Shown here: positions 8,949 through 18,730 of the stretch, piece by piece
Numbering within the stretch: position 1 is the stretch's first letter
How the letters are laid out: each line of letters begins with the position of its first letter
Origin: Candidatus Multivoradales bacterium
GTDB taxonomy: Bacteria > Acidobacteriota > Thermoanaerobaculia > Multivoradales > JAHEKO01
Length of the DNA: 64,000 nt
Direction: 5' to 3'
NCBI GenBank assembly: GCA_965223855.1
Contig: CBDCXM010000009.1
Coordinates: 1,280,001-1,344,000 of the forward strand
Made by a program: the position numbers and the translations under genes
The notes under the pieces: model-generated
The model's input: only the letters and a program-made list of their open reading frames with translations
Told to the model about the DNA's origin: nothing
The model's database searches: none

Positions 8949-11021
8949 ATGCAAGCCCTTCGATCCTGCACCGGCGCCTGCCTGCTCGTGCTGCCGCTCG
9001 CCGGGTGCGGTGGCGAGCCGGCCGTGGTCGAGCTGCCGGGCGAGCCGGCGCCGCTCGTGCCGCGCGAGCTCTTCTGGCCCGCCGAGCGATGGTCGGATCT
9101 GCGGCTGAGCCCGGACGGCGAGACGCTGGCGATGCTCGTCGAGAGCGAGGCGCCGGTGGAGCTTCGATGGCTCGATCTGGAGGGCGGTGAGGAGCCGCAG
9201 ACGGTCGAGCTGCCCGGCGCGGGAGAGATCGAGCTCGAAACCTGGTCCGGCGACGCCCTGGTGGTCGCCCGGCGCAACCCGGACGGGGAGCGACGGCTCT
9301 ACGCCGTGAGCTCGCCTTCCCTGGTGCGACCCCTGACACCAGCAGGCGCGCCGGCGCGCCTGCTGGGCGTGGGGGCCGACGGCGCGGCGGTCGTCGGCAT
9401 CGGCGAGCCCGGCGAGGGGTGGCTCGACCCGCATCGGGTCGATCCCGCGAGCGGCGATCGCGACCATCTGCTCGACAACGAGCGCTTCGTCGATTTCGGC
9501 ATCGATCGGGACGGTGATCTGCGTCTCGCCATCGAGGCGACCCGCGCCGGCCGGCCGCGGATGCTGCAGCGCAGCGAAGAGGGCGGCTGGGCGGATCTCA
9601 CGCTGGAGGCGGCCGAGCAGGTGGACGCGGTGACTCTGATCGATCTGGGCGGTCACGGCGAGATCGCTCGCCTGTGGCTGCGGCGCGAGGGCGGCGGCGG
9701 CGCGATCGTGGCGTGGCGCCTGACGTCGGGCGAGACCGACGTGCTCTTCGACGGCGGGGCGGCGGCGATCGCAGGGTGGACCGTCGATCCGGTGGGCGGT
9801 CGCCTGCAGGCGGTGGCGACCGAGGATCCGGCAGCCGGGATCGGCGCCCTGCGGTGGCACCTGCTCGATCCCGCCGTCGCCGAGCCGCTGCGGCAGTTGA
9901 CCGCCAGCCGGTTGACCGCCAGCCCACTGCCCGCCGGCCAGTTGCCCGCCAGCCCGTTGACCGACAGCGCCGCAGCGACCATCGAGCAGCTCGAGCGCAG
10001 CGCCGACGACGAAATCTGGGTCGCCTCTGTGCGCCAGGCCGGCAAGCGCTCCCTCGTGCGCCTCGACCGCCCGACCGGCGAGCGGACGGTGCTCCTCGAG
10101 GCCGTCGTCGCCGACGGGGCACCGAGGCTCCATCGGGCGACACTCGACGGCGAAGGCGCGAGCCTGCGTCTCGACTGGAGCCTGCCGCCGGAGATGGACC
10201 CCAACGGCGACGGGCGACCGGCGAAGCCTCTGCCTGCAGTGGTCCTGCTTGCGTCGGGGCCGTGGCCGGCCGACGACCTCGACTTCGCTACCCTCACGCC
10301 CTGGCTCGTCAACCGCGGTTACGCGGTCGTCCGCCTGACACTGCCGGCGAGCGGCGGCGTCGGCGAGCGCGCCGCTTCGCCTACCGCCGCTCTGGCAGCC
10401 GCGGCCCGGTGGGCGGTCGATCAGGGGGTCGCCGACGAAGAGCGAGTGGCCGCTCTCGGTGGGGGCTACGGCGGCTATCCGGTGCTGGCGGCCTTGGGGG
10501 CCGAGCCGCGCCTGCTCGCGTGCGCCGCCACGGCTGGCGCACCGCCGGACCTCTCCGCCTGGGTCGCCGAGCTGCCACGCGACGAGGGGGCGGCGCTCGA
10601 ACGGCTGCGCGGGGAGCTCGGAGACCCCGACACCCGCGACGGCCGCGAGCGGCTAGAGAAGCTCTCACCCCTCGCCACGGCGGCGGCGGTCGAGCGGCCG
10701 GTGCTGGTCGTGAGAGGCGAAGACGACCGGCGCGCCGGTGGCGCCCCGACCCGCCGCTGGGCGGAAGCGGCGACCTCCGCCGGCGCCCCCGTGAGCTATG
10801 CGGTCGTGCCGGGAGAGGCGTCCGGCTGGCAACGCACCGAATCCCACGTCGCCTTCGCGGCGCTCGTCGAGACCTTCCTCGGCGACTGCCTCGGCGGCCG
10901 CGTCGAGCCGCTCGCGACCGACACCCTGGCGGCGGTCGACATCGAGATCGGCCGCGAGCACCTGGCGTCGCTCCCCACCGGCGGGGCGGTCACGGCAGGA
11001 GCAAGTCGAGGGTCGTCGTAG
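8949..11021 (+). CDS. S9/prolyl-oligopeptidase-fold lipoprotein with degenerate catalytic triad
   Basis: LAGC lipobox, LSPDGETLA propeller start, WLVNRGYAVV, alpha/beta-hydrolase C-terminus. The nucleophile motif reads GGGYGG and the His motif reads GEASGW. Confidence 0.8.
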   Translation: MQALRSCTGACLLVLPLAGCGGEPAVVELPGEPAPLVPRELFWPAERWSDLRLSPDGETLAMLVESEAPVELRWLDLEGGEEPQTVELPGAGEIELETWSGDALVVARRNPDGERRLYAVSSPSLVRPLTPAGAPARLLGVGADGAAVVGIGEPGEGWLDPHRVDPASGDRDHLLDNERFVDFGIDRDGDLRLAIEATRAGRPRMLQRSEEGGWADLTLEAAEQVDAVTLIDLGGHGEIARLWLRREGGGGAIVAWRLTSGETDVLFDGGAAAIAGWTVDPVGGRLQAVATEDPAAGIGALRWHLLDPAVAEPLRQLTASRLTASPLPAGQLPASPLTDSAAATIEQLERSADDEIWVASVRQAGKRSLVRLDRPTGERTVLLEAVVADGAPRLHRATLDGEGASLRLDWSLPPEMDPNGDGRPAKPLPAVVLLASGPWPADDLDFATLTPWLVNRGYAVVRLTLPASGGVGERAASPTAALAAAARWAVDQGVADEERVAALGGGYGGYPVLAALGAEPRLLACAATAGAPPDLSAWVAELPRDEGAALERLRGELGDPDTRDGRERLEKLSPLATAAAVERPVLVVRGEDDRRAGGAPTRRWAEAATSAGAPVSYAVVPGEASGWQRTESHVAFAALVETFLGDCLGGRVEPLATDTLAAVDIEIGREHLASLPTGGAVTAGASRGSS
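9894..9968 (+). repeat. Five imperfect in-frame 15-bp tandem repeats
   Basis: Encodes QLTAS-RLTAS-PLPAG-QLPAS-PLTDS inside the S9-like gene. Confidence 0.75.
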
Positions 11022-11886
11022 CAAAGAGCCAGCAGGCGAGGAGCCCGTTGGCGAGGAAGAAGGCGGCGTTGAGCCGCGACAGGTCTCCCGGCCGCACGAT
11101 CCAGTGCTGGTACGTGAGCAGCAGCGCGCAACCGGCGACGCCGATCCAGTAGAGCGCGCCGAGCTCGAGCGGGTAGGTGCGCGGCAGGAGCACCAGGCAG
11201 CCGAGCATCGCCAGATGAAGCAGGGCGGAGACGACCAGCGCCCCCGTCTCGCCGAGCGCCGCCGGGATCGAGTGGAGCCCCCGCTCGCTGTCGAACTCCC
11301 TGTCCTGGAGCGCGTAGAGAATGTCGAAGCCGGCCACCCACAGGAGCACCGCCGCCCCCAGCAGCAACGGCGTCGCCTCCACCGACCCTCGCACCGCGAT
11401 CCACGCTCCGATCGGCGCCCCGGCGAGCGCCAGCCCGAGCACCAGATGGGCGAGCGAGGTGAAGCGCTTGGTGTACGAGTAGCCCAGCAGCACCACGATC
11501 GCCACCGGCGCGAGCTTCAACGCCAGCGGGTTGAGCCGCCACGCGGCCACCAGCAGCACGGCGAGGCTCACGACGACGAAGACGGCGACGAACGCCGGCG
11601 AGACCTCCCCGGCCGGCAGCGCCCGGTCGGCGGTGCGCGGGTTCTCGGCGTCGATCCGCCGATCCGCCAGCCGGTTGAACGCCATCGCCGCACTGCGCGC
11701 CCCCACCATCGCCACGACGATCCAGCCGACGGTGCTCCAGGCCGGCCACCCCTCCGCGGCGAGGATCATGCCGAGAAAGGCGAACGGCAGGGCGAAGAGG
11801 GTGTGCTCGAACTTGATCATTTCGAGCACGGTGCTGAGCTGACTCCTGTGTTCCTCTGGTTTCAAGGCGATAAGTCCATTTATCAT
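10990..11886 (-). CDS. ubiA: UbiA-family polyprenyltransferase (MqnP-like); 5' end supplied by the inserted element
   Basis: LEMIKFEHTLFALPFA, ARSAAMAFNRLADRRIDAENPRTADR, YSYTKRFT, WVAGFDILYALQD. The true start is uncertain. Confidence 0.9.
   Translation of the reverse strand: MINGLIALKPEEHRSQLSTVLEMIKFEHTLFALPFAFLGMILAAEGWPAWSTVGWIVVAMVGARSAAMAFNRLADRRIDAENPRTADRALPAGEVSPAFVAVFVVVSLAVLLVAAWRLNPLALKLAPVAIVVLLGYSYTKRFTSLAHLVLGLALAGAPIGAWIAVRGSVEATPLLLGAAVLLWVAGFDILYALQDREFDSERGLHSIPAALGETGALVVSALLHLAMLGCLVLLPRTYPLELGALYWIGVAGCALLLTYQHWIVRPGDLSRLNAAFFLANGLLACWLFATTTLDLLLP
11804..11841 (+). repeat. att direct repeat, left copy
   Basis: TGCTCGAACTTGATCATTTCGAGCACGGTGCTGAGCTG; overlaps the dyad GTGCTCGAA-N9-TTCGAGCAC (11803-11829). 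Confidence 0.9.
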
Positions 11887-11949
11887 AGCTGATTACGATC
11901 GACACGGAGTTGGTTCTGGTGCGCCGTGGTACGCTCCTCCTGGAAGCTC

Positions 11950-11971
11950 TAAGGTCACTCTAAGGTCACTC
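11950..11971 (+). promoter_or_regulatory. Tandem 11-bp repeats, putative integrase arm-type sites (left)
   Basis: TAAGGTCACTC twice; related copies lie near the right att. Confidence 0.7.
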
Positions 11972-11988
11972 TGGAGAGGTGCAAGACC

Positions 11989-13266
11989 GTGTCTGGGAGA
12001 ACGACGGGCAAGCGGGTTGGACGCCGGACCGCCATTAGGCTGACGACGCGAAATGTCAAAGCGGCTGTGCATTCGGGTGCATCCTACGGTGAGTCAGCAG
12101 GGGGGGCAAAGCAGGAGATCCTCTGGGATACGGAGGTCCCCGGCTTGGGCCTTCGGCTGTACCCGTCTGGCCGGCGATCGTGGTGGCCTAAGGTATCGGG
12201 TGAATGGTCGCCGGCGCATCGTGACCCTTGGCCCTTTTGGTGTCCTCACTCTGACTGAGGCGCGTGATGACGCAAAGGCGCGACTGGTCGATCTGAGACA
12301 GACGCGGGAGGATCCGCTCGCTAAACCAGCTACAGTCCCGACTGTCAGCGAGGTCGGCATTCAGTACCTCGAGGATCGTAGAACCCGGGTTCAAGTCGTC
12401 TACCCTCGCGTCCTACCGGACCAAGCTCGCGATGCTCGACGAGAGGCTTGCCCGGTTACCGGTGGACTCCATCGAGGTCCGCGACGTGTCCCGAGCCTTC
12501 GCCTGAGTGGACAGAGGCCACGGGTCCTACTGCAGCGAATCAGGCACTGCGATTGCTCGGGGCACTCCTTGACTTCGCGGTGGAGAGGGGCCTCAGAGCG
12601 GCTTCGAGTCCGAACCCAGCCGCCTTGATTGAGAAGAACCCCGAACGACGACGAGGGAAAGAGCTCTCCCGGTCAGAGGATTGACAGGATAGGTCGCGAA
12701 CTTAGACCGGGAACTGGCCTTGCGACCGTCTGCATCCGACACAGTGACCGCGATTCGCCTCCTCATGCTCACTGGTGCCAGACGCCGAGAGATCACGAAC
12801 CTCAGATGGAGTGAAGTTGACCTAGCCAGCGGTTGTTTGAGGCTGGCCGACTCGAAGAGTGGGGCCAAGGTTGTTCCGCTCAGCACGCCCGCGATGAAGC
12901 TGCTTGCTGAGATTACTGAGCAGGACGGGGAGGGCAGGGTCTTCCCTTCGAGGCGCCATGAGGTGGGTTATGCGGTTCAGTACACCTGGAAGAGGGTCAG
13001 AGAGAGAGCCGGATGTGAGGGGGTCAGGCTTCACGACCTCAGGCATACCTTTGTGACGAGGGGGTTGGCAGCCAACTACAGCGAGACCCTAGTAGGCAAG
13101 ATCGTTGGCCACAGATCGGCCGCGTCGACGCGTCGGTACGAACACGTTCAGACGGAGCCGGTTGATCGAGGCTGCTGAGCGAATCGGATCAAGCTTGGCC
13201 GCAGATCTGTCGGGCCGAGAAGGGGCTGAAGTCGTACCGCTTAGGCCGGGGAGAGACGGGAAGTGA
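11989..13266 (+). pseudogene. Tyrosine integrase with N-terminal arm-binding (DUF4102-like) domain, multiply frameshifted
   Basis: LWDTEVPGLGLRLYPSG, YRVNGRRRIVTLG, AANQALRLL, TGARRRE, DSKSG, HDLRH, VGH and RRY are spread over at least four reading-frame segments. Confidence 0.88.
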
Positions 13267-13933
13267 GCGAGAAGCGGAAGGGGCGATCCCAAATCGAACA
13301 GATGTACCTAGCTGGCACGGTGAACTCGAAGGAGATTGTCCAGTACGCGAGACTCGGGGATGACGGAGCGGCTCTTACACTTGCTTGGCTGCTCCGGCGC
13401 GCGCTCATGCACGAATCGCACTACAGCTCGGCCAGTTTTGAGCCTGTTCGCCAGTTTTGGATAGAAGCCCTCTGACCCTGGCTATTCGACCGACGCACCC
13501 GTACCAGACACCGAATTCCCTCTACAAGGACCTCAACAAGGCAGTCGGGCTGACTCGGGGGCCGGGTCGGCGGCCGTACGGTAAAGAGGAGGTGGAGCGG
13601 GATCAACGGGTGACCGAGGCGGTCTTCGAGGAGTTGCTTAGGGGCAATGGGAGGAACAAGGCCTACAAGCTCGTAGCCGAGAGAGGTGAGTGCGCCGGGG
13701 ACGATGACACGGTGCGCAAGATCTTCACTCGCAGCTCCCGCTACGTGACAGAACTCGAGCTCAGGCTGACGTTGCGGGTTAGACAGACTGTGGACGCGGG
13801 TGAGGAACCGGCCCAAGCCTTCAAAGTAGCTGCGGAGTCTCTTGACGTCGATGCCGACGAGGTCGAGAAGATCGTGACACGGGCTTGGCGAGATGATCCA
13901 GGCATCGCCCCTCCGGGGTGGGGGCAAGAATAG
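13263..13933 (+). CDS. Hypothetical island protein(s); ORFs 13263-13475 and 13457-13933 may be one frameshifted gene
   Basis: GTGA coupling to the integrase end; overlapping ORFs; no recognised family. Confidence 0.45.
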
Positions 13934-14038
13934 CGCCGAGTTTCTTCCCTTACCTGGCAGCAAGGCCCCTGCGAGTATCGAGGCACTCAAGCGAAGTTGA
14001 GCGAGCCGCTTCGCAGAACCTCGAAAGGAGTTGCCTTC

Positions 14039-14252
14039 ATGCCCGGTTCAGAGCTGCTTACAACCTGTGAGGCTGCTGATTGGCTCCGGCTGTCACCGCG
14101 AACACTCGAACGCTGGAGGGTGACCGGTGGAGGACCGCCCTATCGGAAAGTCGGATGGAGAGTCCTCTACCATGAGGCCGATCTCTCGCTTTGGCTTTGA
14201 CTCTAGTCAGCGGCGGTCAACCTCAGGCAGGTCGGGCTCGGAAAGAGCGTGA
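14039..14252 (+). CDS. Excisionase-like HTH protein (probable 1-nt indel near 14196)
   Basis: SD AAGGAG; LLTTCEAADWLRLSPRTLERWRVTGGGPPYRKVGWRVLY. Removing one T extends it to WLDSSQRRSTS..., ending in a GTGA overlap with the next gene. Confidence 0.8.
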
Positions 14253-14955
14253 GCCATCCGACGGAAATGCTGGACAGTTCACGAGCAGCCGAATTCGAGG
14301 CTGCAGTGAGGGAGGCACTGGCCCGCAACGAGAGGGCGCTCCGTTCGAGGAGGTCGGGCCGGTTCCTGAGTCCATGCTTCAACTTCGCCCGCGCACTCAA
14401 GGCCTCACCCTCAGCTGATGGGCCTTTCTGGCCGTGATGCGGCCGTTCGAGTGGAGGAGGTCTTGGTTCTCATAGCCGGTGAGGAGTCGGACTGCTCTAT
14501 CTGGCAGACCGTCCTTCCGTGCAAGGACACCCTTGGTAGGGAGATTGATCCCTTCGATGACTTCGTGCATTCGTGGGAGGAGTGTGTCGATCCTGGATGT
14601 GGGCTCTTGGAGTCGGTGGTGGAGTCAGTGCGTCGACAGCCGCCAAGTAGGGGCCGATTCGGCGCCAGTTTCGAGCATCTTTCGATTCGAGAGGTTTCGC
14701 TTCTTCTTGGGCGTTGCCGAGGAACTCCAAGCGAGGAGGCCGGGTCTGACAATTCTCCTGCCCGTGGACAAGCTCGCAGAGCTTTTGGGCACCTCGCCGC
14801 CGCAAGTATCGCGCTGGCGAAGACAGGCGATGCGAGAGGGAGTCCTAATCGAACACAAGCCTGCCAGCCCGGGGCGAGCGACGGAGTTTCTGATGACTTC
14901 GCGTCCAAGAGCTCTGCGAGGTGTTCAACCAGATCGCCAAGACATCTATGACTGA
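14249..14955 (+). pseudogene. Frameshifted gene with C-terminal HTH, possibly replication-related
   Basis: Three consecutive frame segments; last one reads LPVDKLAELLGTSPPQVSRWRRQAMREGVL. Its position after xis is typical of rep genes (inference). Confidence 0.45.
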
Positions 14956-15033
14956 CACTACTGTCAGACCGTCATGAATGCCTGAAGGAAGGGCACTTGA
15001 CTACCTGTCCAGAAAACTTGCAGAGGTAATCAC

Positions 15034-15406
15034 TTGACCCCGAGATGTCGTGCGCTGAACAAGAGGGGGAAGCCATGTGGCATGGCCCCCTTGACGGGAT
15101 CCGGAGTTCTGCTGGACTCATGCCCCTGAGCGCCGCGGGGAGCGAACGGCTGCGCGTCGCCTAGGAGGTGCTCGCCGAGCAACACGTCGGGGAAGCGAGA
15201 GCGACTGGCCGCTCGGATTGACATCTGTTGAGCAGATCTTGAGGCTTCTCGAGGTTGCTGCCGCAGACACGCTACTTCAGGAGAACAGCGCGAGACGAAG
15301 TCGTGCGCTCGTTGCTATTGCGCGAGCAGCGCTGACGGTAGTTGAAGCCAGCGACTTCGAGTGTCGACTTTCCCAGTTGGAAGAGCTGTGCCAGGTGACA
15401 CGGTGA
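15034..15406 (+). pseudogene. Small CCCH zinc-finger/helical protein with one frameshift
   Basis: SD GAGGT, TTG start, RCRALNKRGKPC; one base removed near 15103 gives FCWTHAPE...RRLGG...ECRLSQLEE, in frame with ORF 15218-15406. Confidence 0.5.
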
Positions 15407-15609
15407 GGGCCTCGCAGAGAGTCAGGCTTCACCGGCTAGAGGTGTCCGTGGCCCCTGCCCGGCAGTGTTGTCATGACGTTCTTGTCTACAAGAACCAAGT
15501 ACCTCCGAGAGGTGAGGCAGCTCTATGCCCGATGTGTGGTGGCAATCTAGTCGACTTGGCGCGTGTCTTCCTCCCCGACAACGGGCGGGGAGATCGATTT
15601 CCTGGCTAG
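15403..15609 (+). CDS. Small hypothetical protein with CxxC
   Basis: GTGA coupling; RLHRLE, CPMCGG, FLPDNGR. Confidence 0.45.
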   Translation: MRASQRVRLHRLEVSVAPARQCCHDVLVYKNQVPPRGEAALCPMCGGNLVDLARVFLPDNGRGDRFPG

Positions 15610-15676
15610 GTGGCTGAGGCTGGCGTGTCAAAGTAAGGATCGTTGGTAGGAGAAACCGAGGACCAGGAGCCGGCAA

Positions 15677-17338
15677 GTGCTACTAGACCGCAGGAGTATC
15701 CAAGCTCTCAACGAAGACGACCTGAGGCAGAGAATCCTCATTCCTCTCTTTGTTGCGATGGGGTTCAAGGACGTGAATCACAATCATGGCGCCGCTGAGA
15801 TGGGGAAGGACATTCTCATGTGGAAGGCCGAAGTCGTCCGATCCCGAGTGAATCACGCTGTGGTCGTCAAGGCCGAGCCGATCAACAGCTCAAACAGAGA
15901 GGATGTGCAGTCTCAGATTGAGCAGTGCTTCGGCGTGCCTTTCGAGGACCCAGTGACCGGAGAGGAGAGAGAAGTCGACCGTGTGATTGTGGCTTCGTCG
16001 CGGAAGATCACACCAGCGGCAAGGAAGCAGATTCGAGGGCGACTAGGCTTGACGAACCTCAACGAGCGAGTCGATTTCATCGACGGGCACCTTCTGATGG
16101 AGAAGGTGTCCTCTTTCCTTACGAAGGAGGTGATCTGGGAGTCGATAATGCAGGCCTATAGGGCACTCAACGAGAGCTTCGAGGAGTACAGGTGGGGATT
16201 CCTCGCGAACCCTGATGGAAGTGTAACGGTCTTCATTGGCAATGAACCTGGAGAGCGGGTACTTGAAACTCCAATTGAGCTCTCCGTCGCGGCGCAGTTC
16301 CCTGCCACGGCTGAGGGGGCCAAGAAGCGCCTGGAAGCGTTGCGCCACTTCGAGGAAGGCACGGGTCTCGTGCTTGCCTCAGAGTTCATCACGGACTTCG
16401 AGGTCCCCGACTTCATAAAGACGCTGCAGGCGGATGGCAAGCTCCAAGAAATTCACATGGCGCCGAGCCCGCTTGACCCTCCGATGATTCGATCACTAGA
16501 GCTGAAGGGGAGTAAGGGCACTACCTTGGTTGTCGACTACGTTCACTTTACGCATGTCGCGGCTGGCACCAGGAAAGTCCGAATCACCAATCAAGGGCAG
16601 GTGCTTCCTTGGAGCGTCGAACTCCTTTTTGACAGAGAAACGCCAGATCAGGGCACATTCAGACTCAGCCTAGAGCGAGGCGAGGATCCAATAGATGCAA
16701 GAACTCAGTTTCACCGGCTTCTTCTCTCCGCGATCATGGCGGAGGGGGGACAGCTTGTCGTGCGCGACTGGGAGACGGATATCCCCCAGTTCCGGGTCGC
16801 GTTTTCGGCCAACGGTGAGGAACGCGTGCCCCAGAACGCTCTTGAGATGACGCAAGCGCTGGCTCTTCTTCAGGCTAGGACCGCGACTCTGTTTGAGATC
16901 GATGACGCTACCGAGTTCACCGGTGAGGACTTTGAGACCGCTTTGCGCGCTGCGCAGATTGTCTCGAGTGGGCACTTTGTGTTCACTCGCGGCGCCACGT
17001 TGGATCTGACCCTGGAGGCGCGGGCGGACTCCGAGGAGGGGATCCCTAAGGATGGGGACAATGAAGAGTTCTCGCGGCTCATAGAGGATGACCAAGTCGT
17101 CACTGTGCTGGGAAGGGACATCAGTCTAGGTCCAGCTGTGTTGCTCTATCGTGGCCCGGTTCAGCTGGTGGAAGCCCTGGATGAATGCAAGCCTCCAAAG
17201 GCTGGGAAGTATCGTGTGGTGGCCAGTGAGGCTACGCCTCTTGTCATGGCTTATCCCCATTGGCAAAGCCCCCTCGCAGAACCTCGACCTATTGAGGTGA
17301 CGGCGGCCGACGAGACCGCTGCTCGGGAGGAAGAATAG
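15677..17338 (+). CDS. Mrr-like restriction-endonuclease-domain protein with large uncharacterised C-terminus
   Basis: SD AGGAG; N-terminal E..L...L.PLF.AMGF....HG..E.GKDI...VVVK and VDFIDG..L pattern of Mrr_cat-type nucleases; 553 aa intact. Confidence 0.7.
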   Translation: MLLDRRSIQALNEDDLRQRILIPLFVAMGFKDVNHNHGAAEMGKDILMWKAEVVRSRVNHAVVVKAEPINSSNREDVQSQIEQCFGVPFEDPVTGEEREVDRVIVASSRKITPAARKQIRGRLGLTNLNERVDFIDGHLLMEKVSSFLTKEVIWESIMQAYRALNESFEEYRWGFLANPDGSVTVFIGNEPGERVLETPIELSVAAQFPATAEGAKKRLEALRHFEEGTGLVLASEFITDFEVPDFIKTLQADGKLQEIHMAPSPLDPPMIRSLELKGSKGTTLVVDYVHFTHVAAGTRKVRITNQGQVLPWSVELLFDRETPDQGTFRLSLERGEDPIDARTQFHRLLLSAIMAEGGQLVVRDWETDIPQFRVAFSANGEERVPQNALEMTQALALLQARTATLFEIDDATEFTGEDFETALRAAQIVSSGHFVFTRGATLDLTLEARADSEEGIPKDGDNEEFSRLIEDDQVVTVLGRDISLGPAVLLYRGPVQLVEALDECKPPKAGKYRVVASEATPLVMAYPHWQSPLAEPRPIEVTAADETAAREEE

Positions 17339-17590
17339 GCCGTAGGGCTTGGGTAGTCTGTCTGGGGCCGGTTTCTAGCTAGGTGGTGTTGATGGGTCGC
17401 GGCAGACCTGGGGTGCCTCGGCCTTCTTGGGCTCCAGAAGGAGGAGGGCCGGCTCGTCGGCAGCATTCCAAGAGATCTGTTGATCATTGCCTATAGGATA
17501 GGGCGATGCTCAGGCTGTGGCGGTTGACGCGAGCTCCAAGTAGAGCCGCGCGGTGGCTCCTTGGAGTCCGCGTTGGGATTGGGGTGCCCG

Positions 17591-18730
17591 GTGGATAGAT
17601 CGTCGCGTCCGTCGATTCACGAGCTACCTCCGCTGGAGACGGGGGGCGAGCAGGCGCGCAAAGGGTTCTTCCTGCAAGACCACGTCGCGGCTGGCTTCTG
17701 TATCGACATGCTAGAGGACGACACGCTGGCTCAAGTCTGGTGCGAGAGCCAGGACGACGTAACGTTGATCTGGCAGCGGGGAGGCAAGCAAGAAGAAGTC
17801 GAGTTCGTTCAGGTCAAGAGCGACGAACCAGATCAGCTCTGGACAGTAGCGCGACTCTGTTCTGGGAAGTCAGGTTCTTCGGTGCTGGAGAAGTCGCTCC
17901 AATACGACCGGTGCAAGGAGCAGAGATCCTTCCGTTTGGTCACGTCGTGGCCGGTTTCCCGCGAACTCAGGCCGCTCGAGATGCCATTCGGCAGTCCGGG
18001 GCGGGTTGAAAGCGGCGAGGAGCTAGCCCAGATTGGCGCCAGCTGCGCGAAGAAGCTAACCGACTGTCTCTCCCCGAATGGTAACGACTGCCGCTACTGG
18101 GTGGAGCGCTGTCTGTGGCAAGTCGTTGGCAGAGCGGAGTTGGTCGAAGTACGCAACAAGCAGCGGCTTCGGGAGCTTCTCGAGAAGCGCGACATGATCC
18201 TGCTGAAGGACCAACTGAATAAGGTGTATCGGCAGATACTGCACAAGGTCCAGTTAGCTGCGCTTGCACCAGGCGACGTTGACCCGAGCAAGAAGAAGAT
18301 CCGGTCTGGTGAGTTCGAGACTTGGCTCTTTGCTCGGATTGCAGAGGCAACGGCCCCTCCAGATACAGGCGGAGTCGCCGTGAGAAGGAAGATGCAAGCT
18401 GCCGGTATTGCTGAGGACTTGATTCTCACAGCCGACGAACAGAGATTGGCCTATCGAGCCGCCACACTGTCTCCTGCGTACCACGATCTGACCGGTCGCG
18501 GGCTTGTTGAGAGGGAGACAACCGCCTTGTTGCACCGGCTTAGGGCTAGGCTGGATTCGGGCGCAATCGCTGATGGTGGCCCGCAGTTCCACGACCGCTG
18601 CCTTCAGGGGTTGGTAGGTCTTCGAGACTCGCTTCCTCTAGAGCCGAAGCCCAGTGCCTACGTTGTGGACGGGTTCATGTATTACACCACTGATCGGTGT
18701 CGGCACCGGTTTCTTCCCGAGCCTCTATGA
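17591..18730 (+). CDS. lmuA: Cap4-like (DUF4297) dsDNA nuclease effector of a Lamassu/ABC-three-component system
   Basis: GGEQARKGFFLQDHVA, CESQDDV, EFVQVKS, WTVARL; C-terminal G.MY..TDRC.HRF; first gene of a coupled three-gene operon. Confidence 0.82.
   Translation: MDRSSRPSIHELPPLETGGEQARKGFFLQDHVAAGFCIDMLEDDTLAQVWCESQDDVTLIWQRGGKQEEVEFVQVKSDEPDQLWTVARLCSGKSGSSVLEKSLQYDRCKEQRSFRLVTSWPVSRELRPLEMPFGSPGRVESGEELAQIGASCAKKLTDCLSPNGNDCRYWVERCLWQVVGRAELVEVRNKQRLRELLEKRDMILLKDQLNKVYRQILHKVQLAALAPGDVDPSKKKIRSGEFETWLFARIAEATAPPDTGGVAVRRKMQAAGIAEDLILTADEQRLAYRAATLSPAYHDLTGRGLVERETTALLHRLRARLDSGAIADGGPQFHDRCLQGLVGLRDSLPLEPKPSAYVVDGFMYYTTDRCRHRFLPEPL

Noticed and set aside
17591-18730. CBASS, suggested by the Cap4-like nuclease
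   Set aside because: No CD-NTase or SAVED domain is evident; the neighbours fit Lamassu/ABC-3C.
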